A DNA stretch of 63,068 bases, counting the filler, from Octopus bimaculoides (lineage: Eukaryota): the NCBI RefSeq assembly GCF_001194135.2. It is 6 parts of 5 records of this genome, joined end to end, with 100 filler letters (N's around TTAATTAATTAA, not from the genome) between each part and the next. Parts side by side here need not be neighbours in the genome. Positions count along the whole stretch, not along the records: positions 26,557 to 52,251 come from NC_069004.1; positions 52,352 to 56,809 come from NC_068983.1; positions 56,910 to 61,842 come from NC_068983.1; positions 61,943 to 63,068 come from NC_068984.1; 2 more parts are not named here. One strand, 5' to 3'. Position numbers and translations under genes: made by a program. Of this stretch, positions 50,711 to 63,068 are shown one piece after another. How positions within the stretch are numbered: the stretch's first letter is position 1; each line of letters starts with the position of its first letter. The notes below the pieces were generated by a model. The model saw only the letters and a program-made list of their open reading frames with translations. It ran no database searches and was not told where the DNA came from.

Positions 50711-50994
50711 TGCATATATGTATGTATATAAATATATAAATATGTAGATGTCATGTTTGTATACANNNNNNNNNNNNNNNNNNNNNNNNNNNNNNNNNNN
50801 NNNNNNNNNNNNNNNNNNNNNNNNNNNNNNNNNNNNNNNNNNNNNNNNNNNNNNNNNNNNNNNNNNNNNNNNNNNNNNNNNNNNNNNNNNNNNNNNNNNN
50901 NNNNNNNNNNNNNNNNNNNNNNNNNNNNNNNNNNNNNNNNNNNNNNNNNNNNNNTATATATATATATATATAGATAGATAGATACATATAGTTT

Positions 50995-51350
50995 AGGCTT
51001 GAAACATCAAAGACTTCCATTCTTCCCGAGCGACAAACTATTGCACCTGCCTGTTGCTCTTTCACCTGTCTTCGTCTTTTGATTTCTGTACATTTGAAGT
51101 ATATATTATATATATATATGTAGATTATATATATATATAATCTAAATAAATACCCCTACTCTCAGAACTGGCAAGGACCAGATAAAATATATAATGGAAT
51201 ATACACCAGAAAATCATAGTACAGAGTCAACTGATGAAATTCCCTAACATTTTACTGGTATTATCAAAGTTGGCAATATTCTTACTATAGACGTAGAAAA
51301 TCTGTTTACCAATGTTGCAATAATGATATCTATGACTATAATATTAGACA
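50995..51350 (+). mobile_element. Penelope-like element remnants
   Basis: ILTIDVENLFTNVAI...TIILD (~51280-51345) matches the PLE RT motif DVxSLFTNVP and is preceded by STESTDE. A terminal-repeat-like segment lies at 50995-51110. Confidence 0.6.
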
Positions 51351-52115
51351 AAAAAAAAACCCAGAGAAAAACCATAATAACCATATTTGTACAGCTAGTA
51401 TTATTTTGGTACGGCCTGTTGCGTATATATGTTATCAGCATTTTAATAGACACCCTGATCAGAGCTGCCTCGTTCGGAGGATGGTTAGAAATGTAGAACG
51501 ATGAGAATCACATTACCTGTCAAAGAGACACATAGTCACAACACATACTGAACGATTATCGAAGGCAGTGGTTCTCTCCCGGGGTCCACATGAGGGAAGA
51601 TACTTCAGAAAAGAAGCGGGAATACGTTTGCATGCAGACATAGATGTCTAAGAGTCAAATGGAATATCTCTTGGTCGCTTCTCCTCTTATATCGTTTGAG
51701 TAAACGGAAACGTGATACCGTTTATTACCCTAACAGCACCACAAACGTCAAATGCCTAAACACAATCAGTCTTAAAATATAAAGCCTCAACGATGTACTT
51801 GCATATGCATGAATGTGTGTATGTGTGGTTGTGTATGTGTATGTGTGTGTGAATGCATCCGCGCATCCGTATATATAACATGTGTGTGTGTGTGTGTGTA
51901 TGTGGAAATACAGGTATGCGCATATATACACAACACTGACTTGATTTCTATATTTTTTAATTCTTTACACATATACAGATATACATACACATACATGAAA
52001 ATATATATGTTATGCTCCTATGTATTTATACATACACACATACATACATATATATACACATACATATGTATACTATATAGAAATGTATATATATATATAT
52101 ATGTATATATATACG

Positions 52116-52146
<31 letters not shown>

Positions 52147-52351
52147 TTATGTGTGTGTGTATATATACGTATATATATATGTATATGTATATATGAATAT
52201 GTATATATACTTATATGCATATACATGCATTTAGATATATATATATATATANNNNNNNNNNNNNNNNNNNNNNNNNNNNNNNNNNNNNNNNNNNNTTAAT
52301 TAATTAANNNNNNNNNNNNNNNNNNNNNNNNNNNNNNNNNNNNNNNNNNNN

Positions 52352-52402
<51 letters not shown>

Positions 52403-53229
52403 TGCATATATATATACATAAATACGAACTTACATACATACATATACCTATTTTACGTTGGAACTTGGCTTTTGATTGGCGTATTCCACATGCAATTGTT
52501 GTTATCTTGTTTTCTTACATAGGTCTGATTTGTCGCATTACATTCACGTGGTAATATCACCAACCGCTGTCTTTAAATTTCAATTTCCTCCTAAATGAGT
52601 ACCCGTATAACGGGAACACATAGAGTGTTTGTATCTGATGCTGAAGTGTCTGCATTGAGCTTTGATTTATTTATGAATTTAATGGTACCAATAGTACTAT
52701 TTTCTATCAATTTTACGTTTTCTTTTATTCTATCTACGCCATCGATTATTAAACATATATATATATTTCAGTTAGCTGCTTCTTATAATTTGAGGCCAGA
52801 CGAGCAGAAAAGAGTGATTTGCATAACATAGCATCAAAGATCTTGTCGGTAAATCTCTATAAGATTATCAGTGAAATGTATTAACCTCGAAGAGGAGGAG
52901 AATTTGTAATAATCTGCTTATGAGGATTGTTTATGACCTACAGATTTTAGCTCTTTTTAATCTATATAACAATTGTCTTGTTTTAAATATATGGTCATAG
53001 ATCGGTTATGGTAAAGGAAAGATATTGCTCAAAAGGCACAAGAAGATATTCCTACAAGAAAGGCGAAAATATTGCCATTGGACAGCTTGTGACTATGGAG
53101 TTCATGAACCACACACACATGCACAACTACACATACACACAAACACACGCACATATACAAACGTGTAGTCTTTTTGATCAGTTTTGCTTGTTTGGTAGTA
53201 GTGCTTTCAGGTCTTTCATCTAATTCAGG

Positions 53230-53900
53230 GTTAATGCTATGTTCCCTTGTGAATATGCAAACGACCTTGACAATGGTATTTGATTTTCTTGCTGCTTTCG
53301 GGCTTGCTCACAAGCCAGAGTATCCAGTTCTCTGTACCAGATAACTACTTGTTCATTGCTATTAATCTTATAGCACAGTTCTAACTGCATCATTCCACTT
53401 CACTCATTATGTCTAGGTACGTACAGGCGATCTGCTTTTGGGTGGTGTATATTTTAGATGCTTTTAGTATTTTTCATGTGTTCCTGTTCAGGCGTTGGAA
53501 CTCTATGAGATTGCAGTTAATGATGTTAAAACTGTATCAGAATACTGGAAGTGCCAGGGTGTTAATGGTTTCGATGTAATATTTGAAGTTGAGTTCAGTT
53601 TTTAGTATTAGTCTTATTCTCTTGTAATACTGGTTTCTTAAGCTTTTTGCATAGTAGCATGTTGTATGCCATCTCCCTAGTTTATCATCAGTTATTTAAT
53701 AGCTTTCTTGTGCATCAAGCTCGTTGATGGTAGTGTTGGTATCTAATTTAATGAAAGCTGTTTGCTTGAGACTGTTTCTTACAAAAGTTGCTTATATAAA
53801 TTGCTTCAGCAAACTTTGCTCGGCCACGGAATTCTTTAAACCATAGCTCTGGTGAGACTTATATTAGTGAATTGAATTCTTTATAAATCAAGTAATGTAT
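53230..53900 (-). mobile_element. Decayed R4/Dong-like post-RT region
   Basis: HHPKADRLYVPR (53447-53413) followed by ...GMMQLELCYK, a conserved block of RLE-clade elements. Confidence 0.75.
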
Positions 53901-54151
53901 ATAAGTCGACACAAACTGTTGGCTCTTTTTGCTTTTTAATGATTTGTTTTTAATGTTATATGATATATTACATTCGTAGTATATTATGTTATGTGATAAT
54001 ACAAATAAATTATTGGAATGTCAACTTTATCTCTATTTAACTTATTGTTTATAATTTGCACTTTACCTATATTTATGTGGTATTCAAGTGGCGTACCAAT
54101 GATTTGGGTGTTTTACACACACCTTTGAAGGCATTTCTTTCCATAGTTATG

Positions 54152-54182
<31 letters not shown>

Positions 54183-55595
54183 GTTTTATCTATCTACATA
54201 AACATATATTATATATGTTTGTGTGTGTGCGTATGTGAGTATATGTTTGTGCATGGGTACGTGTGTGTATTTGTGTGTGTTTGCGTATGTTTGCGTTTGT
54301 GTGCGTGTGTGCTTATGTGTATGTGTTTGCGTCTGTGTGCGTTTGCGTATGTGTGCTTATATGTGGGTGTCTCTGTGTGTGTTTATAATCTAAGTTTCAG
54401 TTCATGAAACTTGTGGGAATACGTGAAATGCTAATAGTTGCAAGCTAAACATTTCTCCAAACTAAATTTTGGTAAGTGCTAAATGTATCATGTCATGCCA
54501 TGTAGCGTAATTGCAGTAGTTACTAATAGTTTATATGTAATACACCAGTTACTCAATGGTCTACAGATTCGTGCCAAAAACAGTCGCTTATCGGAAAAAA
54601 TATAGTTTATCCAGTCTATTTAACTGAAAATAAATAACAACCTACGTCTGTCCCATCTTGCATATCACACTAGCTCAAGAGTAGGGATTGAATCGACACC
54701 TAAATCATTTAACGGAAACCATGTTACGTGTTAAAATATTGTTGCTTGCAAGTGCCGATGATACGAGCATTTCAATTCTCGTTGAAAAGAAATGACTGAA
54801 TTTACGTCGTTTTTGCTTCCTGCCACCATTTAACGTCGACTTAACATATGAACGCAACGCTGATTTATATCAGAAAATTCATACAACATTGAATACACTG
54901 AAAGTCAGGAAAAAGTCAAATATTTGTAAACAGCAACATGAGATAACTCTTTTCATATCTCTTGACCAACCTTTAACTTTACATTCACGTCACTAGGCTT
55001 CCGATGCCTAAATAATGAAGAACTTCAAAGGAAGTATAATTAAATATATATATTTATTAATTAACATTATGATCAATGCAGAAGTATTTGTTAGAGATTC
55101 ATTAACGCATTGTTATGTAAATTTGTTTTGCCTAAAGAGAATTGAGATCAGGAAGCTTCTGAGTTGATCACGACCAAACCAGTCTATTGATTCAAACATT
55201 TCACTATGGAATCAAATGTTTATAAACGAATGTGTGCGTATTTACAACGAAAAATTGATCAAAATTATTAATATTATTATAATGTTAAGCAATTTTCTTT
55301 TCTGGAATCTACGGAAAACCTATTTAGAGGAAAACTATACCATACAATAAAAGGGAAATTAAGAAATTAACTCCCGATTTGTGTTACGTAATAATTGTTG
55401 GTATATACTGTTGTGTTATAGCTGAGCAACAATGTAAACTCGTATTAGATACAAAGAATAACGCGAACAGGTGTTGGTTCGTGTTGTGATAAACTACTAC
55501 CAAGAGAGATATTGCTCCCACCCCTCTGCCTTCAGATTATACTATCACTCCATTCGTATGCATATACTGCCCTAAAAATATGCCTCTAAAACATA

Positions 55596-55661
<66 letters not shown>

Positions 55662-56924
55662 GTGTTTGTATTATAACAATTATATACATAGTTATAACAA
55701 GGAATTGGCATTGTGTCTCTCCACGCTGCTCGTATACATATGTGTAAATGCTGGTAAATTTATAGGATCTTTTTGTTTTGACGGGCAACATTTTTCATTT
55801 ATGTTTTATGTAGTGTTTTGGTACCGAAACACTTTCAAACTTCGTATACTTGTATATTTTGTGTTATAGAACAGATAAGAATTTTTGTATTCGAAGTTAT
55901 TTCAAGTTAAAAATTGTCTTATTTCGATAATTTCAACCAATCACTGACGTCTATTCAGTTGAATACAGTTACTGCTGTGGTGGTGTATATGGTATTAATC
56001 ACTTGTTGACTTATTTCATCCGGTTTTTGGTTTGTTTTCTTTTGAAGCAGACAAAATTAGAGAAAAATGGTAATTTATACGCATATATTGTTTATATGAT
56101 AAATTACGCTGTGCGTATCTGTGTTTGTAACAATTTTTCGCTAGTCCTCAGGAACACATTTTTTAAATGATGGTAGAGTTTGATTTGAAGAAGATTTGGC
56201 TGCTATTATGCTTGAATTACACTATTCTACTTGTTTCAGTTGATTGAATAATAGCTAATAAGGGGAAAAAGACATCAAAATACTTGAATATTGCCTGCAC
56301 TTGTTATTGGAGCTGGCAGAATTATTAATGCACCTCCACCAAGTGCTTCATTTCCTAGAAATAGCAACCAAGTCTTCAAATCAAAAAAGGACGATAGCGT
56401 AACAACAGCAGACAGGACAAGGCAAGATAGAAGGATCATTCGCAGCCAATTACCTCTTCAGTCGGAGTCTGGAATGTCTACGTAGTTTCGCCCAATTATC
56501 TCCGATACTACTCAAAACCGGCGTGGCCAGGGACTTAAGCTAAAAGTATTAAGCCTCTGGGCAAGGCAAACAGAAGTACGTATACAGGAAAAAATAAGTA
56601 AAGAACAGAAAGGATCTTTCGCATATCGGAACGAATTTAACATACAAAATAGAATTACATGATGGACAAACGCCTTTAAGCTATACAACAAAAGAAGAAT
56701 TATTATACAATTACAACAATAATAAAAGAAAAAAACAAGGTCTTTCGTCTATCAGACGAGTGCAGTAAGTTAGCACAAGAAAAAGGAAAATTGAAAAGTC
56801 ATAACAGACNNNNNNNNNNNNNNNNNNNNNNNNNNNNNNNNNNNNNNNNNNNNTTAATTAATTAANNNNNNNNNNNNNNNNNNNNNNNNNNNNNNNNNNN
56901 NNNNNNNNNATATACATACATATA

Positions 56925-57090
56925 TACGACGGGCTTCTTTCAGTTTCCGTCTACCAAATCCGCTCACAAGGCTTTGGTCGGCCTGAGGCTATAGTAGAAG
57001 ACACTTGCCCAAGGTGCCACGAAGTGGGATTGAACCTTGGGCCATGTGATTCGTAAGCAAGCTACGTACCACACAGCCACTCCTACGCCT
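56925..57090 (-). mobile_element. SINE type A, 5' portion
   Basis: GACGGGCTTCTTTCAGTTTCCGTCTACC...CACACAGCCACTCCTACGCC. Confidence 0.9.
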
Positions 57091-57134
57091 AAATTAATAG
57101 TTAATATTATATATTAATTGCTTCTATCTCATTC

Positions 57135-58226
57135 CAGGTAGTCGATAGCTTCCGCTATCTGGGCAACCAATTTAGTAGTGGGGGTGGGTGCGCTGAAAGT
57201 GTAGCTGCTAGAATAAGAATACCCTGGGCAAAGTTTAGAGAGCTCTTACCCCTGCTGGCGACAAAGGGACTCTCACTCAGAGTAAAAGGCAGACTGTATG
57301 ATGCATGCGTACGAACAGCCATGCTACATGGCAGTGAAACATGGGCTGTAACTGCTGAGGACATACGTAAGCTCGCAAGGAATGAAGCCAGTATGCTCCG
57401 TTGGATGTGTAATGTCAATGTGAATACCCGTCAGAGTGTAAGTATCTTGAGAGAAAAGCTGAACATTAGAAGCATCAGTTGTGGTGTGCAAGAGAGACGA
57501 TTGCGCTGGTATGGACATGTGGTGAGAATGGATGAGGATANNNNNNNNNNNNNNNNNNNNNNNNNNNNNNNNNNNNNNNNNNNNNNNNNNNNNNNNNNNN
57601 NNNNNNNNNNNNNNNNNNNNNNNNNNNNNNNNNNNNNNNNNNNNNNNNNNNNNNNNNNNNNNNNNNNNNNNNNNNNNNNNNNNNNNNNNNNNNNNNNNNN
57701 NNNNNNNNNNNNNNNNNNNNNNNNNNNNNNNNNNNNNNNNNNNNNNNNNNNNNNNNNNNNNNNNNNNNNNNNNNNNNNNNNNNNNNNNNNNNNNNNNNNN
57801 NNNNNNNNNNNNNNNNNNNNNNNNNNNNNNNNNNNNNNNNNNNNNNNNNNNNNNNNNNNNNNNNNNNNNNNNNNNNNNNNNNNNNNNNNNNNNNNNNNNN
57901 NNNNNNNNNNNNCCGTTGCCAGTACTGCCTGACTGGCTCCCGTAGGATTTTCGAGTGAGATCGTTGCCAGTGCCCCTGGACTGGCCTGTGCGGGTGGCAC
58001 ATAAAAGACACCATTTCGAGCGTGGCCGTTTTCGTGCGGGTGACACGTAAAAACACCCACTACACTCTCTGAGTGGTTGGCGTTAGGAAGGGCATCCATC
58101 TGTAGAAACTCTGCCAAATTAGATTGGAGCCTGGTGTTGCCATCCGGTTTCACCAGTCCTCAGTCGAATCGTCCAACCCATGCTAGCATGGAAAGCGGAC
58201 GTTAAACGATGATGATGATGATGATT
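57135..58226 (+). mobile_element. RTE LINE 3' portion (coding region, gap, 3' UTR, GAT tail)
   Basis: FRYLG...RIRIPWAKFRELLPLL...VKGRLYDACVRTAMLHGSETW...ERRLRWYGHVVRMDED is open up to the gap. After the gap come the 3' UTR and (GAT)n tail. Confidence 0.92.
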
Positions 58227-59577
58227 TTCAGAGGGAAAAGTGATTTAAGGGCGATTTGACTGTTGTCTCTAGCACATCCAAAACCAACTCTCTTTGTTTC
58301 TTTATCACCCTCGCATGTTTTGATGTTTTTCAATACTTTTTTCCCCTAAATACATTTATATGCGATGAAAATGAAAATTTGAGAAATTATGAATTCTTTG
58401 CAACCCACTACCTGCCCCTGATTGTTTCTGTTTTGAAATTAAAAACTATCAGAGATCCTGAGAAGGTTATTGCTGGCATTTATCCACTGTGATTTTAAAA
58501 AAATTACAGAGTTGTACTTGCATAGCAAGTGACTTGATCTGAGATCGTGTGCTGAAATGAAAACAATTTCAATGCGGAAGATATGTGTAAATCATTCAAG
58601 GACACACAAATACTGTTAGTTCACTTCTACATTAAAACTTCATTTGTGTCAAAATAATTTGCTCACTCTGAAATTGCAACCTGTTCACTGACAAAATTTC
58701 ATAAAAGTGATGCAGCATGAAGTTTTATCAGTGGACAGCATGCACACACACACACACACATACAGACACACACACGCATGTACACACAAATACGTTCATT
58801 GCCTTTCATTTGTGTGTATGTATATCTATGTATGTGCGCATGTGTGTATTGGTGTGTGTGTCTGTGTCACAGTTGAAGTTGTGTTTGGAAACTGTGAATA
58901 AGGTGCAAATTTTGAGCACTTGTTGGTAACATTTTGTTTTTCGTCTCGTCTTCTAATAGTAATTACTCAACTTTCTAGGCTCTTTTCACAGCTATCCCAT
59001 TTTCAAAAATTATACAGGTATTTTAAAAAATGTTCATTCAATAAATAATGTTTTTATATTACGTATACATTAATAGAATAAACTGTTGGTTTTCTAAATA
59101 GCGAATTAAAACTTAAAAGTGAAAGTGAGAGATTTTGCAAATGAAAATGGAATATTCCCCAGTGAATGCAATGAATAATTAAATTTGTGATGAATTGGAT
59201 GCAGTGAATATTTAAATTTTCAAGAAATTGAATTTTAAAAAATTGAGATTATAGGAAATGTCTTACAACATGAATTTATATCAGTATTCCCAGACAGTCA
59301 ACCCTTTAGTAATTGCTTTCTTTTAGTACATTTAGCAATTGTTGCACACCTGTTAATAAAGCAGCTTTCTCCATTATAGTATAGATTGTATGAATTGTAT
59401 AAGATATTATGAGATAATTGATATTGTCTGTTTACGGAAACAATTGTAATGTTAATTTGAGTTCTTGTTTCTTCATTTAAATTATTACTTTTATGTGTGT
59501 GTGTGTGTGTGTGTGTGCACACGTGCGTGTGGATGCATGTGTGTGTATATGTATATATATATATGTGTGTGTGTGTG

Positions 59578-59613
<36 letters not shown>

Positions 59614-60173
59614 CATAGAGAGAGAGAGAGAATTCAGTAAGAGGTTACATAGCCTCATGAAGGGATGGTGTCATCCAAGGAAATACTGGCTCAATACCTA
59701 ATGATTTTGGGGGAATTCATTTCCTTAAGATAATAGGTCTGTATATAAACTGCGGTTTACATTCATGCAAAGGAAAAAGAAGTAAATGGAGATTTTGAAG
59801 NNNNNNNNNNNNNNNNNNNNNNNNNNNNNNNNNNNNNNNNNNNNNNNNNNNNNNNNNNNNNNNNNNNNNNNNNNNNNNNNNNNNNNNNNNNNNNNNNNNN
59901 NNNNNNNNNNNNNNNNNNNNNNNNNNNNNNNNNNNNNNNNNNNNNNNNNNNNNNNNNNNNNNNNNNNNNNNNNNNNNNNNNNNNNNNNNNNNNNNNNNNN
60001 NNNNNNNNNNNNNNNNNNNNNNNNNNNNNNNNNNNNNNNNNNNNNNNNNNNNNNNNNNNNNNNNNNNNNNNNNNNNNNNNNNNNNNNNNNNNNNNNNNNN
60101 NNNNNNNNNNNNNNNNNNNNNNNATATATATATATGTATATACATATTTAGGTATGTATATATATACGTATGC

Positions 60174-60207
<34 letters not shown>

Positions 60208-60489
60208 ACACATACATACATATATTACACAATCACGCACACATACACACACACACACACAAATATATGTATATATACGTATACATACATGCTGATTGCT
60301 ACTTCTTGTCAGAAAAATGCCATCTCTTTATCGAACATAGTACAATCATGTGCATGCAAGTGGCTTATAAGCCCAACTTCCACTCTGCCGGAATGTTCAG
60401 AGTTGTTACATTTATTTCTGTTTTCAGTACAAATGTACCACAGTGCACAGGGTTGTAGAGCCATCACACAACCTGCTTGACTTCACACT

Positions 60490-61690
60490 GGCTGATGTGA
60501 CTTGAGATGGCTGAGGAACCCACCTCTCGAGAGGAGAAATCATCCACACATATTGCACATCGATTCCTGTTGGAGATTTGCAGTCACTACACTTGAGTCC
60601 CACTTAGAGATTGAATGCTCCAAAGCAGCATACTCCCTTCATATTTGCACTTGACAGTCTCTCTCCGTGACTTATGTCTTCCAACCAATGTTAACTAGAT
60701 ATCCATAGCAATCTGCAGTACTGTAAGGTTAGTTTTTATGGCAGCCTTAAACTGCTTTAGAGTTGTGCTAAAATCTCCTACTAGGCAGCTCCCTATAAAA
60801 TATAGTTTCGGTAGCTTGCCAGCTTCTACACTGACGACATGATCAGCATAATATCTCTGGTCTACAATTATCTCTTTCTCAATTCTGCTGCTGGCTTTCT
60901 CAAGTACAACGAATTCAGGTGTGTAAGAGGACCACTTTATGTTCAGGATGTGCTAGATATGATGATGATGAAAGCTTTTCCACCAGCTTAATATGACACC
61001 TGTATATTGTCATATCATGTATGTATGTGTGTATGCATGCATGCATTATGTATGTTTGTATTATGAATGTATGCATGCATGTATGTATGTATGCATGCAT
61101 GCACGCATGTATGTATGTATGTATGTATGTATGTATGCAAGTATGTATTATGAGAATGCACATGGCTTAGTGGTTAGGGTATTTGGCTTATGATTGTAAG
61201 GTCATGAGTTCAATTCCAGGCAATGTGTTGTGTCCTTCAGCAAGACACTTTATTTCATGTTGCTCCAGTCCCCTCAGCTGGCAAAAATGAGTAGTACCTG
61301 TCTTTCAAAGAACCAGCCTTGTCCCATTCTGTGTCATTCTGAATCTCCCTTAGAACTCTGTTAAGAGTACATGTGTCAGTGGAGTACTCAACCACTTGCA
61401 CGTTAATTTCATGGGCAGGCTGTTCCATTATTAAGGTGAACAGGAACTTTCATTGTCATAAGTAACAGAGCATTATTTAAGTTGTCCACATTTTGTATCC
61501 ATATAGTAGGGCTTTTAGAACACAGGGTTCATACACTGCAAGCTTCATGTCTCTCGTGATACTTCAATTCTGACCAGACACATGTCTTGAGTTTCCTGAA
61601 AGAGGCTCTAGCTTTCACAATCCTGTGATTCATTTCAGTTTCAAGGTTACCATCTCTACCAAGTGTGGAAAATCAGAGTATTGTTTGCTG
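60490..61690 (-). mobile_element. Decayed RTE LINE, interrupted by a microsatellite and a SINE
   Basis: 61690-61485: STLGRDGNLETEMNHRIVKARASFRKLK...LLYG. 60940-60490: KWSSYTPE...YADHVV...LPKL...CNMCG*..SRGGFLSHLKSH (terminal C2H2). Confidence 0.7.
61152..61460 (+). mobile_element. SINE type D head/core with type B-like tail
   Basis: GGCTTAGTGGTTAGGG...GAGTTCAATTCC...CAGCAAGACACTTTATTTC...CAGCTGGCAAAAATGAG...CCACTTGCACGTTAATTTC. Confidence 0.8.
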
Positions 61691-61801
61691 AGAAATGGAT
61701 GAGCGACATAACTGGCACTGTTAGTTTTACCTATGACTAGTCTAAACTTAGTTACTATACATATTTTTAGATGTACAGTTGTACACACATGCATGTATAT
61801 A

Positions 61802-61832
<31 letters not shown>

Positions 61833-61967
61833 ATATATATATNNNNNNNNNNNNNNNNNNNNNNNNNNNNNNNNNNNNNNNNNNNNTTAATTAATTAANN
61901 NNNNNNNNNNNNNNNNNNNNNNNNNNNNNNNNNNNNNNNNNNATATATATATATATATATACATATA

Positions 61968-62100
61968 TCATGAGCTTCTTTCAGTTTCTATCAATTAAAT
62001 ACATTAACAAGGTTTTGGCTGGCTCAGGGCTAAAGAGCTATAGTAGAAGACACTTAACCAAGGAGCCAAACAGTGGGACTGAACCAAGACCTTGTAAATA
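61968..62100 (-). mobile_element. SINE type A, degenerate 5' portion
   Basis: GAGCTTCTTTCAGTTTC...GCTATAGTAGAAGACACTT...CAGTGGGACTGAACC. Confidence 0.7.
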
Positions 62101-62369
62101 CATGAATCTAAATCTAAGTCCATGTGTAGTCAAAACATATGCCACATACGATAATCTCTCTAGTTTAGAACAATGTTTGAGTGTTCAGCAAACTCCAAAA
62201 TAACAATTGGATATGTGAAAATCAAAAGATAGAAGGAAAGAAAGAAGTGAGGGAGAGAGTGGATTAAGTTAACAGCTTGTGATTGTTGTCCTGTGTATGA
62301 AAAGAGACATGAAGCTAGTCACATATGTTGATCCAAATTTTGCATACAAGTGTTTGGAAGCAGAGTGTT

Positions 62370-62650
62370 ACTATTTTCATGAATACAGGAAGCAAGCAGA
62401 ACTTAAGTAGGTTCAAGTGGGATGTTTTAGAACTTTCTGGAATCAGATAAACTGGTAACAAAGAAGGAAGGCCATCACTAGTCTAAGGTGTGGATTAATA
62501 CTAAAGAACATTCATCTATGAATATTGTTTATCAGTGCTCAATCTGCAAAGCTCAAGTTGATAGATTGGATGCGTAAAGAAAAAAATAATTTCCAAAAAC
62601 CAATTCTACATCATCAAAGAGAGATCAGTTGCTATCAAGTATTTATCAGG
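62370..62650 (+). mobile_element. Decayed LINE AP-endonuclease fragment
   Basis: SRFKWDVLELSGIR*TGNKE resembles the APE motif RYxWDILGLSEVRWTG. Confidence 0.45.
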
Positions 62651-62697
62651 GGAAAATCATGAGGCATTTATACAAATATCATCATCATCACCATCAC

Positions 62698-62738
<41 letters not shown>

Positions 62739-63068
62739 CCATCATCATCACCATTCTAAATCATCATGACTGCAAGCCAGTGAGGAGACTGCTTATATGT
62801 TTGCATAACTTGTTAAAGATAGCAGCTAAATCTCTTAAGCCAATGAGGGAGCTACAAACAAGTTATTGAAATTGCTAGAAACAGCAGCCATATCTCTCTC
62901 TTTATAAAATGGGGGTCTAAAATAAATTAAAAAGGTGGTCACGAGTAGAATGCCTTTCAACAGAGATATGTTCAATCAAAGCTGACCTGAGGCTAAACAA
63001 CAACAACAACAAACTCAATCATCATCACCACCACCACCGTCACCACCACCACCGTCACCACTACCACC

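Noticed and set aside
60535-60565. Minus-strand CAICVDDFSSRE, resembling a RING start
   Set aside because: It is an alternative frame of the RTE terminal C2H2 finger (CNMCG...SHLKSH), with no splice sites or downstream ligands.

Overview
This is AT-rich, repeat-saturated animal DNA from a gappy draft assembly, with many N-runs and five synthetic TTAATTAATTAA joins. The SINE families and dense microsatellites point to an octopus; that is an inference from repeats I recognise, not from a search. The only host gene I can support is the 3' half of a minus-strand transmembrane RING-H2 E3 ligase most similar to RNF215. It has three well-bounded exons: 26095-25991 (TM), 24623-24492 and 23356-23254 (together an intact C3H2C3 RING). 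A probable terminal coding exon lies at 22580-22549, and I could not find the upstream exons. The rest is mostly tRNA-derived SINEs (at least four types), decayed RTE, R4/Dong-like, CR1/Jockey-like and Penelope-like retroelements, two mariner remnants, hAT-MITE ends, a 5S rRNA 5'-half fragment and microsatellites. There is no CRISPR array and no prokaryotic system. Five items most deserve follow-up: (1) two near-perfect 103-117 bp hairpins in the introns flanking one RING exon, which may be real dsRNA/ADAR substrates or gap-edge artefacts; (2) a ~35-unit, 19-bp palindromic array that begins at a hAT-type terminus just downstream of the gene; (3) R4/Dong-like LINE pieces that repeatedly abut (TAA)n; (4) a 5S/SINE junction; (5) a fold-back SINE. 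None of these is established as a new biological system from sequence alone.
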